The notes under the pieces are model-generated. The model searched no databases and was not told where the DNA came from. It saw nothing but the letters and a program-made list of their open reading frames with translations. A DNA stretch of 64,000 nt from Scyliorhinus canicula (taxonomy: Eukaryota): assembly GCF_902713615.1 (NCBI RefSeq), contig NC_052155.1:122971031-123035030 (forward strand). The letters are read 5' to 3'. The translations under genes and the position numbers were made by a program. Of the stretch, positions 26,912 to 37,929 are shown in pieces (positions within the stretch are counted from its first letter, which is position 1; the number at the start of each line of letters is the position of its first letter).

Positions 26912-28655
26912 GTAAATATTGAGCAGAAAATTGTTTAATGCTATCTACATCTGTACTTTCATTTATGGTGGGGCCATGTTCAGCTGCATTGCCTAGGAGG
27001 GAGTGTGGCAGAATACATCGACCACTTGTTGTCAACCTCATCTAATCTTCATCCCATTGTGAAAAGGCAATCAACCTCTTCCACATTACAGCCCAGCTGC
27101 TGAAGTTGAAAGTTACCTGTCTGTATCACATACTCTGCCTGATATTAATTTTGCTCACGTCTAAATTCAAATGCTTCTCAAAAAATTTTTTTTTGAAACT
27201 TTGCAATCTCAAACAACAGTATAATGCTTTTATTATTAGCACTGATAGCACATATTCATAAATTTCAGGAGGTCATTCATCCCACAATTGCGTCCTCAGG
27301 CAATTCACATTTGCCCAACAATTTACATTATACAGTACCTTTCAAACCACTTTACAGAAAAGTGGAAGAAACAGAGCAGTGCAGCCATTATGGAAGCTGA
27401 TCACAGTCATGACAGAAGAGGAAAATTTTGACAAGGATTTGTAGGTGGGATAGAAGGAGATAAGATAGATTGATTTTTTTTTTTAAAGAGTACAGGGCTA
27501 TAGGAGCTGAAGGTTTTTCCATTAATGGCAGAGCAGAAGAAAGGATGGAGGGGGAGCATGTCACAGAAGTAAGCAAGGTATTATCTAGAAGATAGGGCTC
27601 AAGGAGATTACCTAGGTATGGATTTTCTTTTTCTAAATTGCCTATTTAATGGCTGGTTGTGTGGTGCTGAAGAGAGAAGACAAAGGGTTTTTGCAGAGTG
27701 GTGAAACATGGACACTTGCCATTGACCCGAAAGAAAGCTGCCCACAATGATTGGGTTGTCTCTGTGATGTGATTTATTTCCCCTTGTCTGATGGCAGTTA
27801 TATCTAGCACTGAGTCAAGGGGATGCAGCGGCAGTGATGACAGCAAACAGGTAGGCAACCAATCATATCGACAACAACGATAATCATACCAATCATACCA
27901 AGAACTAACGCACACAACTAACCAAGCAGTTAAAGCACTTAAAATCCTTCAATTTTAGTTCATACAAAATAAATGATTATGATTGGATTAAGACGGCAGC
28001 CGAAATGAAGATAAACAATTTTTAAAACTGAGAAAAATTATTCTTTTGTAATGATGGAATAACTTAACATTGCACAAATACAATATTAGCTTTCCAGGGC
28101 CAGTGAATGTGTTTATCAGTAATTATGAAATGAGTACACAGTTTAAAAACCCAGATATAGTTCATTCAACTAGCTGTAACTTTTTCAAGGGTTTTTGCCA
28201 AATCTTCATCTCTTTGTTGCAACAGTGGAAGTTCTCATCAATCCCATTAATTGCAGTTTGCAGCACCTTCTCTGGAAAGTGTAAAATGACTGACAGCACC
28301 TTCTGGATTTTCTTCTTTTTCTGCGCATATGCAGTCTCCAGATGTTGCTGCCCATTTCAGTGGTCTAATGAAAGCAAATGTTGACAGTTTTGCATCATTA
28401 CTACTGCAATATCCAATGCAATTCAGCCTCAGTCATATGGCCATCAAAATCTGTCAGCCAGAAACATCACCATTCATCATTACCATTAACTGTAATGGAA
28501 GGAAATTGGTGGATGTGGATAGGCTTTCCTCACAATTTGCCCCATTTCACAACCAAAACCAGGATCAGAAATACTGCAACAATATACGCGACAGTAAGAA
28601 CAGTCCTAGTGGCTATCACATTGAGGAAGCCATTGTTCAAAATCTTTCTCACCTC

Positions 28656-28958
28656 TAATAATAATCTGTCAAAAGTAGGCTTACATTAACACTGCAATGA
28701 AGTTACTGTGAAAAGCCCCTAGTCGCCACATTCCGATGCCTGTTCAGGTACACAGAGGGAGAGTTCAGAATGTCAGATTCAGCTAACAGCACGTCTTTCG
28801 GGACTCGTGGGAGGAAACCGGAGCACCCGGAAGAAACCCACGCAGACACAGGGAGAGCATGCAGACTCCGCACAGACAGTGACTCAAGCCGGGAATCGAA
28901 CCTGGGACCCTGCCGCTGTGAAGCAACCGTGCTATCCACTGTGCTACCATACCGCCCT
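28656..28958 (-). mobile_element. V-SINE subfamily with an alternative (ATT)n-ending tail
   Basis: Same tRNA head and V-domain start as HE1, but a different tail (gtggcgactaggggcttttcacagtaac...gtaagcctac...attattatta). A second copy is at 52735. Confidence 0.85.
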
Positions 28959-29268
28959 GCTTCTGCCAATTTATTCAGATGGTGACTTTTGGCTGTGGCT
29001 CTCGGGAGCTGCACTGAAAAGGTCACCTGTCAATTACAATGCATTGTGGAGAAATTAAAACTTTAGAATGGAGATGAATTCCCAATGGTAATCTCTCTCC
29101 CTGCATCTGTGAAAATGTTTGTTTTCAATACAGTTGTGTCCATTTCATTTGGTTTATATGTTTTTCCATGAAGCAATTCATCAGAATGCTGACGACAGAT
29201 GAGAAGCCCATTTCTACAAGGAGCAAGGTCTGATCGGTTGTTAATGTGATCACTGCGCAGAACCTTGG

Positions 29269-29428
29269 GGGCAGTCTTAACCTAAATTGCCAGGCAGGTT
29301 TTACAGCCCTCCCAATATTGCATTGCATGGAGGCCAATGAAGAGTTACATCAATCTGGGTTTAAGTCCAGCATTGCATCCGATCGATCCGGTTACCTCCC
29401 ATTGGGCAGGGTAGTTTAAACTTGCCCC
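29269..29428. mobile_element. Harbinger-type MITE
   Basis: GGGGCAGTCTTAA ... TTTAAACTTGCCCC termini. Confidence 0.55.
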
Positions 29429-29859
29429 TTTGTGGCCATGCCATTCCCAGTGCATAGTCATTTCACAGGATACCACTATATTCAGGTATTCTATCCAGGC
29501 AGCCATTCCAACTTATATCCTTCTCTTTGAAAAGCAACAACAATGAGCAGTCATCCAACAGAATATATCAAAATTCCCCAGGCATTGCCCATATTAGAAC
29601 TCTCCTTAAATGCCATCTATAGAAAGAGGTATTGATATAATATACAATTAATGCAGGAATCAAACCACACAATCCTGTATGAGATGCAGAGAGCTGGCCT
29701 GATGCTTTTGTTCAATAATTATATCAGCATTGCTGAGCAGGAGCACAGTTTTAGGCGTGATTGATTGGATGCCCAAAGCAGCTGGTCACACTTCTCCACA
29801 TCAAAAAACAGGATTCACCAGACAGGTTATAGAGGACATGTTCAAATCACAATTCGGTG

Positions 29860-29990
29860 AGTCACCTGATGAAGGAGCTGCACACCAAAAGCTCATGATT
29901 CCAAATAAACCTGTTGGACTTTAACCTGGTGATGTAAGACTTTGTACTATGCCCACCCCACTCCAGCGCCGGCATTTCCACATTATGACT
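29860..29990 (+). mobile_element. Penelope-like terminal repeat with a degenerate hammerhead ribozyme
   Basis: gagtcac-CTGATGA-aggagctgcacacc-AAAA-gctc-atgattc, followed by ccaaataaacctgttggactttaacctgg. Homologous to 32058-32146. Confidence 0.7.
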
Positions 29991-29999
29991 CTTTGAAAA

Positions 30000-32015
30000 G
30001 CTAGTGATGTGCCACACGAATCAGTGCTGGAATCTTAACTATTTACAATTCATGATAATGACTTGGTTGAACGGACCGAGTGAATTATAACCAAACTTTC
30101 TGATTATACAACGATAGGTTGGAAAACAAGTTGGAGGAAGACACAAAGGCTTGGATTTTCATGGAGTCAGGGAGACTCTTTGGAAGGATTCCTGGCCCCA
30201 TTCTTGGGGTTTCTGATTTCACCAGTGCCCTTTTATGGGTTTGTGCTGGTTCAGGCTGCAAGCCTGCACCTTGCTCCCAACTTGGCCAGCTCCACAGCAG
30301 AAGTGGACATGTCCTAGTTCCCTGCAATTTTTATGGAGCTAGGCCAGCTTTTCAGAGTTGTTCACAGCACCTCAAGAGGCCATGAACCATAGTCTGGATG
30401 AGGGAAGTTTTTGAAAGGTAATTTCAAAAGGGCCTCCCCATGACCTCCATCGCAAGCTATGCCTTTTACCCACCGCCCATGGCCCCTCATGTCAACCTTT
30501 GGCACTTCTATAACCATTCACCACTATACACTGTATAGAACAAATGAACCTGAAAGAAAGTATTTGAAAATAAAGCTTTAAAAGTAATTCATTCATTACC
30601 TTTTACTTCCTTAAAAATAAAACTCCATTCGCTGCAGGCCAATAAAATTGTCAATCATCTAGATCCTTTAAAATATCAATACCAGAAACTACAAGCACTT
30701 GAAACTGTTTTATCTTCTGTAACTAAACATTCTGCAAATGACAGCACGTATTAGACACCCCTAGCTGCCAATCAAGCAATGTTTTCCCTCAACTGTTTCA
30801 AAGTTTAATGGTTGTCTGGGCTCTCAGCCAAACCTCATTCTGCATTCTTCATTGACAGAGGAGTGTGGCTCGAGGGCCTTACTTTTGTCTTATTAGAACT
30901 GGGGCAAAGTCCCCAGCACCGAGTTTGGTCTTTTAAACAACCCACCTCGGCAGCCGGCAGCATCTGTGGTTGCCTCCAAACTCTTTCCCTGGTCAGCTGG
31001 CCTGACTGAAGCCCAAACCTGTACCCCCTTCCTCCCCAGCAATGAAGATTGTGTTTCCAGAGACATTTTCCCCTGAGACGAGTGTGTGAAGCTGGGAATT
31101 TCCCCCAATGCACACAACCCACCTTGAGAATGAAAATCCAGGCAAAGAGTCTGCAAAGGGACAGAGATCGTTTTAAGTCACAGGGCAGAAAATTGGCAGA
31201 GCATGGTGTGGATAACTGAGAGGTTATTCACTTTGGTGGGGAGAATAGAAAAGCAGAGTGTTATTTAACTGAAGAGTGCCAAATTCTGTAATATGGAGGG
31301 ATTTGGGTGTTCGCATACATGAATCACAAAAGGTTAGCCTGCAGGGACAATAAATAATTAGGAAGACAAATTGCCTGTTAGCCTTTATTGCAAGATGATG
31401 TAATGTAAAAATAGGAAAGTCTTGCTACAACTGCAGACGGCATTGGTGACTCCACACCTACAGTACAGTTTTGTTCTCTTTACTCAAGGATGGGTATACT
31501 TGCATTGGAAGCAGTTCAGAGAAGCTGGGATGAAGGGGTCTGTCTTATGAGGAAAGGTTTAAGCAGATTTGGCCTATACTCTTGGAGTTTAGAAGAATGA
31601 AAGGTGATCCAATTGCAATATACAAGACCATGAGGGCACTTCACAAGATGGCCGCTGAGAGGATGTTTCCCCTCCTGGGGGAGTTTAGGATCATAGAGCA
31701 CAGTTTCAAAATCTGGGATCTCCCATTTTTAAAATAGAGGTTAGGAGGGTTTTTTCCTCCGGAGCTTATGACTCTCTGGAATTCTGTTCCCCAGAGAGCT
31801 GTAAAGGCTGAATCATTGAATAATTCAAGGCTGAGATAAACAGATTTGTGAACCATAAATCTTCCTATCTGTCCAATCTGTTTGTGTCGGAATTGTGGGA
31901 AGCCAGCAGGAAAGTAGAGTTGAGGCCAAGATCAAATCAGCTATGATGAAATGGAGCAGGCTCGAGGCTTGAATAACCTACTCCTGTTGTTATTTATTCT
32001 GTCCTTATATTCTTA
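30000..32015 (+). mobile_element. CR1 LINE 3' portion split by a MITE
   Basis: RT-end sequence gaagacacaaa|insert|aaagagtctgcaaagggac continues to a CR1 3' tail at about 32015. Confidence 0.75.
30148..31143. mobile_element. Harbinger-type MITE inserted in CR1
   Basis: TIRs GCTTGGATTTTCAT / ATGAAAATCCAGGC. The host CR1 rejoins across it. Confidence 0.7.
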
Positions 32016-32057
32016 ATGTCTGCTATCTCTCAACCTGTTTGGCTGTGGTGTTACTTT

Positions 32058-32146
32058 ACAGTAAGAAGTCTTACAACACCAGGTTAAAGTCCAACAGGTT
32101 TGTTTCAAACACGAGCTTTCGGAGCACGGCTCCTTCTTCAGGTGAA
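32058..32146 (-). mobile_element. 89-bp Penelope-like terminal repeat insertion
   Basis: Flanked by the 9-bp duplication tgttacttt (32049-32057 and 32147-32155). Homologous to 29860-29950. Confidence 0.75.
32108..32146 (-). ncRNA. Minimal type I hammerhead ribozyme core
   Basis: Minus strand ttcac-CTGAAGA-a-GGAGC cgt GCTCC-GAAA-gc-TC-gtg: CUGANGA and GAAA boxes, 5-bp stem II, palindromic minimal stem III and a UH cleavage site. Confidence 0.7.
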
Positions 32147-32420
32147 TGTTACTTTTATTAGGACACTATTAAAGGTCAGTGTTACTTTACAACACACCAC
32201 TAGGTGGAGCATGATACAATAGTAAGCCACTACTCAGAGAAAGAATGGAGAACTGAATATAAAACTGATTCTGTGCCTGTCTTTGTGGCTCAGGCAGGGG
32301 TGATGTGTCACTTTAAGGCTTTTCTTTAAAAGAACTCTTGTGATTATGCTCTCGTTCTTCTGCAAACTATTTTTATCTCTGCAGTCTATCGGTGACAAAG
32401 CCAATCCACCTCCTTCAATC

Positions 32421-32775
32421 GGGGCAGCAGGGTAGCATGGTGGTTAGCATAAATGCTTCACAGCTCCAGGGTCCCAGGTTCGATTCCCGGCTGGGTCACT
32501 GTCTGTGTGGAGTCTGCACGTCCTCCCCGTGTGTGCGTGGGTTTCCTCCGGGTGCTCCGGTTTCCTCCCACAGTCCAAAGATGTGCGGGTTAGGTGGATT
32601 GGCCATGCTAAATTGCCCGTAGTGTCCTAATAAAAGTAAGGTTAAGGGGGGGGTTACGGGTATAAGGTGGATACGTGGGTTTGAGTAGGGTGATCATGGC
32701 TCGGCACAACATTGAGGGCCGAAGGGCCTGTTCTGTTCTGTGCTGTACTGTTCTATGTTCTATGTTCTATGTTCT
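32421..32775 (+). mobile_element. HE1-type V-SINE, young copy
   Basis: Near-intact head and V-domain, tail ending in (gttctat)n. Confidence 0.92.
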
Positions 32776-33577
32776 AATATTAGCTGAAGTGGCAGACAGA
32801 AGTTGAATAATGAGTTGAACCTGTGTTACTGTCACCATACTGCCTAACAGGCTCACAGTTGGTCTTGTTCCTGGTGCATCTCTTCCCTCTCCTGGAACAC
32901 AAAAAAACGAGATGTTCTAAGAGATGAAAGAGACAAAATTCTTCAGAAGATGATCCCATTCTAATTCCGTTCCCAATTCCATATACCCAGTGAGAGTGAG
33001 ATCCAGATCCCGATGTCTCATGAGATTCCATTAAATCTCACGAGACGTTTTGAACATTGTGAGTCTCGCAAGAGGCCTCAGCAAGTCTGACGAGACGAAG
33101 CCATTAAATCATGGCCAAGGAATCAGTTTTACTGACAAAACCCATCAAAACCCCCATCACAGTGCCATCTACAGGTAGAGTGCATATTGCAGTTAAATCA
33201 GGGCCACTTTTACATTGAAATGTTGAATGGACTAGGTTCACATCAGGGGCGGGATTCTCCGACCCCACGCAGGGTCGGAGAATTGGCGGGAAGCGGCGTC
33301 ATTTCCGCTCCCGCAGGTTTCGTAATTCTCCCGCCGGTAAAAAACCGGCGTTGTGCAAATCCCGTCGGCAGCCTGTGAAAACAGCTGGCGCCGGCGGGAT
33401 TTCATTTTATTTGCACTGACCTGAAATCTCCGGCCCGGATGGGCCGAAGTCCCGCCGACGTGGCCACGGGTCACGTCGGCGCAAATCAGAGTTGATTTGA
33501 AACGGCGTCAACCATTGATGATGGTTGACGCCGTTCAGTGTCGGGGGTGGGTTGAGGCATTGGGGGGGGGGGGGGGG

Positions 33578-34112
33578 GGGTTGCGGCCATCGGGAAAGTG
33601 GGTTGCAGCATCGGGGGAGTGGGTTGCAGCATCGGGGGAGTGGGTTGCAGCATCGGGGGAGTGGGTAGCGGCCATCGGGGGAGTGGGTTGCAGCATCGGG
33701 GGAGTGGTTGCGGCCATCGGGGGAGTGGGTTGCAGCATCGGGGGAGTGGGTAGCGGCCATCGGGGGAGTGGGTTGCAGCATCGGGGGAGTGGGTTGCGGC
33801 CATCGGGGGAGTGGGTTGCGGCCATCGGGGGAGTGGGTTGCAGCATCGGGGGAGTGGGTTGCGGCCATCGGGGGAGTGGGTTGCAGCATCGGGGGAGTGG
33901 GTAGCGGCCATCGGGGGAGTGGGTTGCAGCATCGGGGGAGTGGGTTGCGGCCATCGGGGGGTGGGTTGCGGCCATCGGGGGAGTGGGTTGCAGCATCGGG
34001 GGAGTGGGTTGCGGCCATCGGGGGGGTGGGTTGCGGCCATCGGGGGGGGGTGGGTTGCGGCCATCGGGGGGGGGTGGGTTGCGGCCATCGGGGGGGTGGG
34101 TTGCGGCATCGG
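33578..34112 (+). repeat. G-rich minisatellite, 21/22-bp units, about 25 copies
   Basis: gggttgcagcatcgggggagt and gggt(t/a)gcggccatcgggggagt units. Confidence 0.95.
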
Positions 34113-34840
34113 GGGGGTTTGGGGGCAGCGGCGGGCAGAGAGGGGGGGGGCGACGGTGCGTTGGCCCCGGGCATCCGTCGCCCCCCCCCCCCTCTGTACG
34201 CCGCTGCCCCCTACCCTAACCACCCCCCCCTCACCACCCCTACCTCCCTCCAACGCCCCTACCCCCCTCCCCACCACCCCTACCCCCCTCCAACGCCGCC
34301 CACCATCTCTCGCAACGCCGCAACCCCCCCCCCTCAACGCCGGGTCCCCCCCCCCTCAACGCCGGGTCCCCCCCCCCTCAACGCCGGGTCCCCCCCCCCC
34401 CAACGCCGGGTCCCCCCCACCCTCAACGCCGCAACCCACACCCCGTCCCCCTCCCTCTGAAGGCCGGTACCCACACCCCCCCTCTCTCCTCCTCCCCCCC
34501 TTCCTTCCTCCATCCCCCCCTTCCTTCCTCCGTTAGTGGGGGGGGGGGTGCGGCGTTAGTGGGGGGTGGGTGCGGCGTTGGAGTGGGGTAGGGGTGGTGA
34601 AGGGGGTAGGGGTGGTGAGGGGAGGGGGTTGGGGTAGGGGCAGCGGGGTGCAGAGGAGGGGGGCGACGGATGCCCGGGGCCAACGCACCGTCGCCCCCCT
34701 CTGCACGCAGCTGCCCCTACCCCAACCCCCTCCCTTCACCACTCCTACCCCCTTCACCACCCCTATCCCCCTCCAACGCCGCACCCCCCTCCAACGCCGC
34801 ACCCCCACACCCCCACTAACGCCGCACCCCCCCCCCCCCC

Positions 34841-35855
34841 AAATGCCGAACACACCACCCCCCCCCAAATGCCGGAACACACCACCCCCCCCCCCCCAAA
34901 TGCCGGAACACACCCACCCCCCCCCCAAATGCCGGAACACACCACCCCCCCCCAAATGCCGGAACACACCACCCCCCCCCCCCCAAATGCCGGAACACAC
35001 CACCCCCCCCCCCCCCAAATGCCGGAACACACCACCCCCCCCAAATGCCGGAACACATCACCCCCCCCCTAAATGCCGGAACACACCACCCCCCCCCCAA
35101 ATGCCGGAACACACCACCCCCCCCCCAAAGAACACACCACACCACCCCCCCCCAAATGCCGGAACACACTACCCCCCCCCCCCAAATGCCGGAACACACC
35201 ACCCCCCCCCCCAAATGCCGGAACACCCCCCCCCCAAATGCCGGAACACACCACCCCCCCCCCCCCCAAATGCCGGAACACACCACCCCCCCCCCCCCAA
35301 ATGCCGGAACACACCACCCCACCCCCCCCCAAATGCCGGAACACACCACCCCCCCCCCCAAATGCCGGAACACACCACCCCCCCCCCCAAATGCCGGAAC
35401 ACCCCCCCCCAAATGCCGGAACACACCACCCCCCCCCCAAATGCCGGAACACACCACCCCCCCCCAAATGCCGGAACACACCACCCCACCCCCCCCCCCA
35501 AATGCCGGAACACACCACCCCCCCCCCAAATGCCGGAACACACCACCCCCCCCCCAAATGCCGGAACACACCACCCCCCCCCCCAAATTGCCGGAACACA
35601 CCACCCCCCCCCCCCCAAATGCCGGAACACACCACCCCCCCCCCCCCAAATGCCGGAACACACCACCCCCCCCCCCAAATGCCGGAACACACCACCCCCC
35701 CCCCCTCCCAAATGGCCGGAACACACCACCCCCCCCCCCAAATGCCGGAACACACCACCCCCCCCCCCAAATGCCGGAACACACCACCCCCCCCCCCCAA
35801 ATGCCGGAACACACCACCCCCCCCCAAATGCCGGAACACACCACCACCCCCCCAA
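34841..35855 (+). repeat. C-rich minisatellite, about 30-bp unit, about 35 copies
   Basis: aaatgccggaacacacca followed by a variable-length C tract. Confidence 0.95.
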
Positions 35856-36473
35856 AAGCCGGGTCTGTCTCTCTCCTCCTTATCCTCCAAAAAACGCCGG
35901 GTCTCACCACTTCCGCAGCTGGTGAAACTGACGCGTATCGCGTCAGTCAGCTGCTAGCCCCTCCGGGAACGGAGAATAGCGGCCTTAAAGAAGGCCCCGA
36001 CGCCGGAGTCATTAACACCGATTTTTTCTCGCAGGCAACCCGCGTTACGAAGGGCTACGGAGAATCCCGCCCCAGACTTCTGAAATGGAATATTGTGATC
36101 CACCTATTATTTTAAATATTTAATAGATCTACAAACTGGCTATATTAGCAATCCCACTGACAATAAAATAATTAAGCTAAATAGCTTCTTAAATATGACT
36201 GAATGTATTGAAGCTTCCTTTGAAATAGCTTCATTGATCATTCTTTGCTTCGGGTTATTTATTTTTATCTGATATTGAATTTGTTTGTGCCTTGTTTTTC
36301 CATGTAATTATATTACTTACACCTGGGATGCAATTTGCCTTATAATAAGTGCGGCGGAGGGTGATGTAACGTCTGCTGCTCTGCACCATTCGACAGGCGA
36401 AGGCCATGTTGCACTATTATCATTAATACAGGTTTGCGTTGCACTTTGTAAACATGTCTCATTACCCTCACAG

Positions 36474-36533
36474 GAGAGGCATGCCACAGAGGTCCGCAGG
36501 AACAAGGAACTTCGGGAGGAGATCTCCGGCTGA
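36474..36533 (+). CDS. STMN2: Stathmin last coding exon (exon 5) to stop codon
   Basis: ccctcacag|GAGAGGCAT...GGC TGA. Translates ERHATEVRRNKELREEISG*. Confidence 0.93.
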   Translation, partial: ERHATEVRRNKELREEISG

Positions 36534-37300
36534 GAGCTGATGTCTGATGCGTTTCATCATCCTGAACAAAGCCTTCCGCCCGTATATTCTGGATAGTGAT
36601 ACATTAGTATGGGTGTCATAAGACATGGTTTAAGAAAAATCAATAAGTCAATTAATATAATCAAAATTTTAGTTTAAAAAAAATTACACAAAGAAAAGTG
36701 AACCAATCAATTTGCAAAATGATTTGCTTGATGTGGAAACACAACTTGGGTCTTTGTTTTGTAAATACCAACTCTTTTGTTAACAATCTGAGTCTGGCGT
36801 GATACAAGCTGTTTCATATCTAACTGCGTCCTGCAACAGGTTCTTTATGTTGTCTCTTTTCACTGACTCAACTTTGCTCGATCTGTTCTTTGGAAGCTCT
36901 GTACTCATCAGTATATAGGGAGAACCTGAGGAATATCAAGGTCAGATAGTCAATGGTGCTAGTGATTTCTGCGTACACGTCAACCCAGGATTGCCATGTT
37001 CTGTATTCCACAACACACGCTGGCCTTGACCCTTCACTCTCAAGCAACTTGGTCTGTTTTTTATTTGTTCAAATCCCGTTGATCTGTGAGCAGGGCGTTG
37101 TACTGGTCGTTTTGAGGGAGGGGGGATTGTGCCAAGTCAGGTCACGAAGAGCACCCAAGACCCTAGCAATTGGTTCCATCTGTTAAAGTTATTACCTAAG
37201 AAGGTTGCTGCCTGCTTATTCTAATCTTCATTAGTGGTATTTTCATGTATGTCATTGTGAGCAAGCTGTGATAATAAAGAATGGAGTTCTGTGAACTGTA
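36534..37300 (+). other. Stathmin 3'UTR
   Basis: TE-free AT-rich stretch after the stop codon that ends just past an AATAAA. Blocks resemble the mammalian STMN2 3'UTR as I remember it (unverified). Confidence 0.7.
37273..37278 (+). terminator. Polyadenylation signal AATAAA
   Basis: gctgtgatAATAAAgaatggagttctgtg, followed by T/GT-rich sequence. Confidence 0.7.
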
Positions 37301-37929
37301 AAATGTACAGTCTGTTCATTGCTTTATTCTCCTCTGAACACTGTTGTTTTCATTCCACAATGACAAACTTGTGCATGATCATTGTAAAGGAATCTGGTTG
37401 TTCAAAGTGCATCAGCAAAGCATTCCCCAGTGGTTCAGACTGTGGTACCAAGACATTAGGAACAGATGTAAACTATTCATCCCCTGGCTGCTCCGCCTTT
37501 CAGAGCAGGCCTGTTCTATACCACAACCCTATGAACCTGCCTTTGCCCCACATCTCTTGAAGATTGTGAAAAATGGTTGATGGAGAAAGCACCAAAGGAC
37601 TACCATATTCAAAGGTGCTGTGGTTTCTCAATTTATTGAATTCATTCATGGGATCCAAACATCACTGACAAAACCACCATTTTTGTGTCCCATCCCTAAT
37701 TACCCTTGAGATGATGATGCTGAACTGCCGTCAATCACCACAGTCCACATGGTGGGCGAGTGATAATCACAGGTAATCGAGGTGTCAATTGTTTCAAGTC
37801 AGGGCAGTTAGTCGGTTTCTGATCTAACAGTATTTTTATTTTTTATATTCAACCACACATTTTCACCTATTCAAACCCTCCTCAACCCATATAAAACTGG
37901 TTCACCTTCTTGCACTTCCAATCTTAGCA

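Larger units (their letters stand above)
33247..36072. mobile_element. PIF/Harbinger-type non-autonomous element inflated by internal tandem arrays (stathmin intron 4)
   Basis: Perfect TIRs GGGCGGGATTCTCCG / CGGAGAATCCCGCCC and 3-bp TSD CAG (33244-33246, 36073-36075). Confidence 0.88.

Noticed and set aside
34841-35855. CRISPR-like look (constant repeat with variable spacer)
   Set aside because: The spacers are only C runs of differing length. There are no unique spacers and no cas genes, and the context is eukaryotic.
33407-36115. Many long Pro/Gly-rich ORFs (up to 451 aa) on both strands
   Set aside because: They are translations of stop-free G/C-rich tandem repeats inside a MITE, open in several frames at once.
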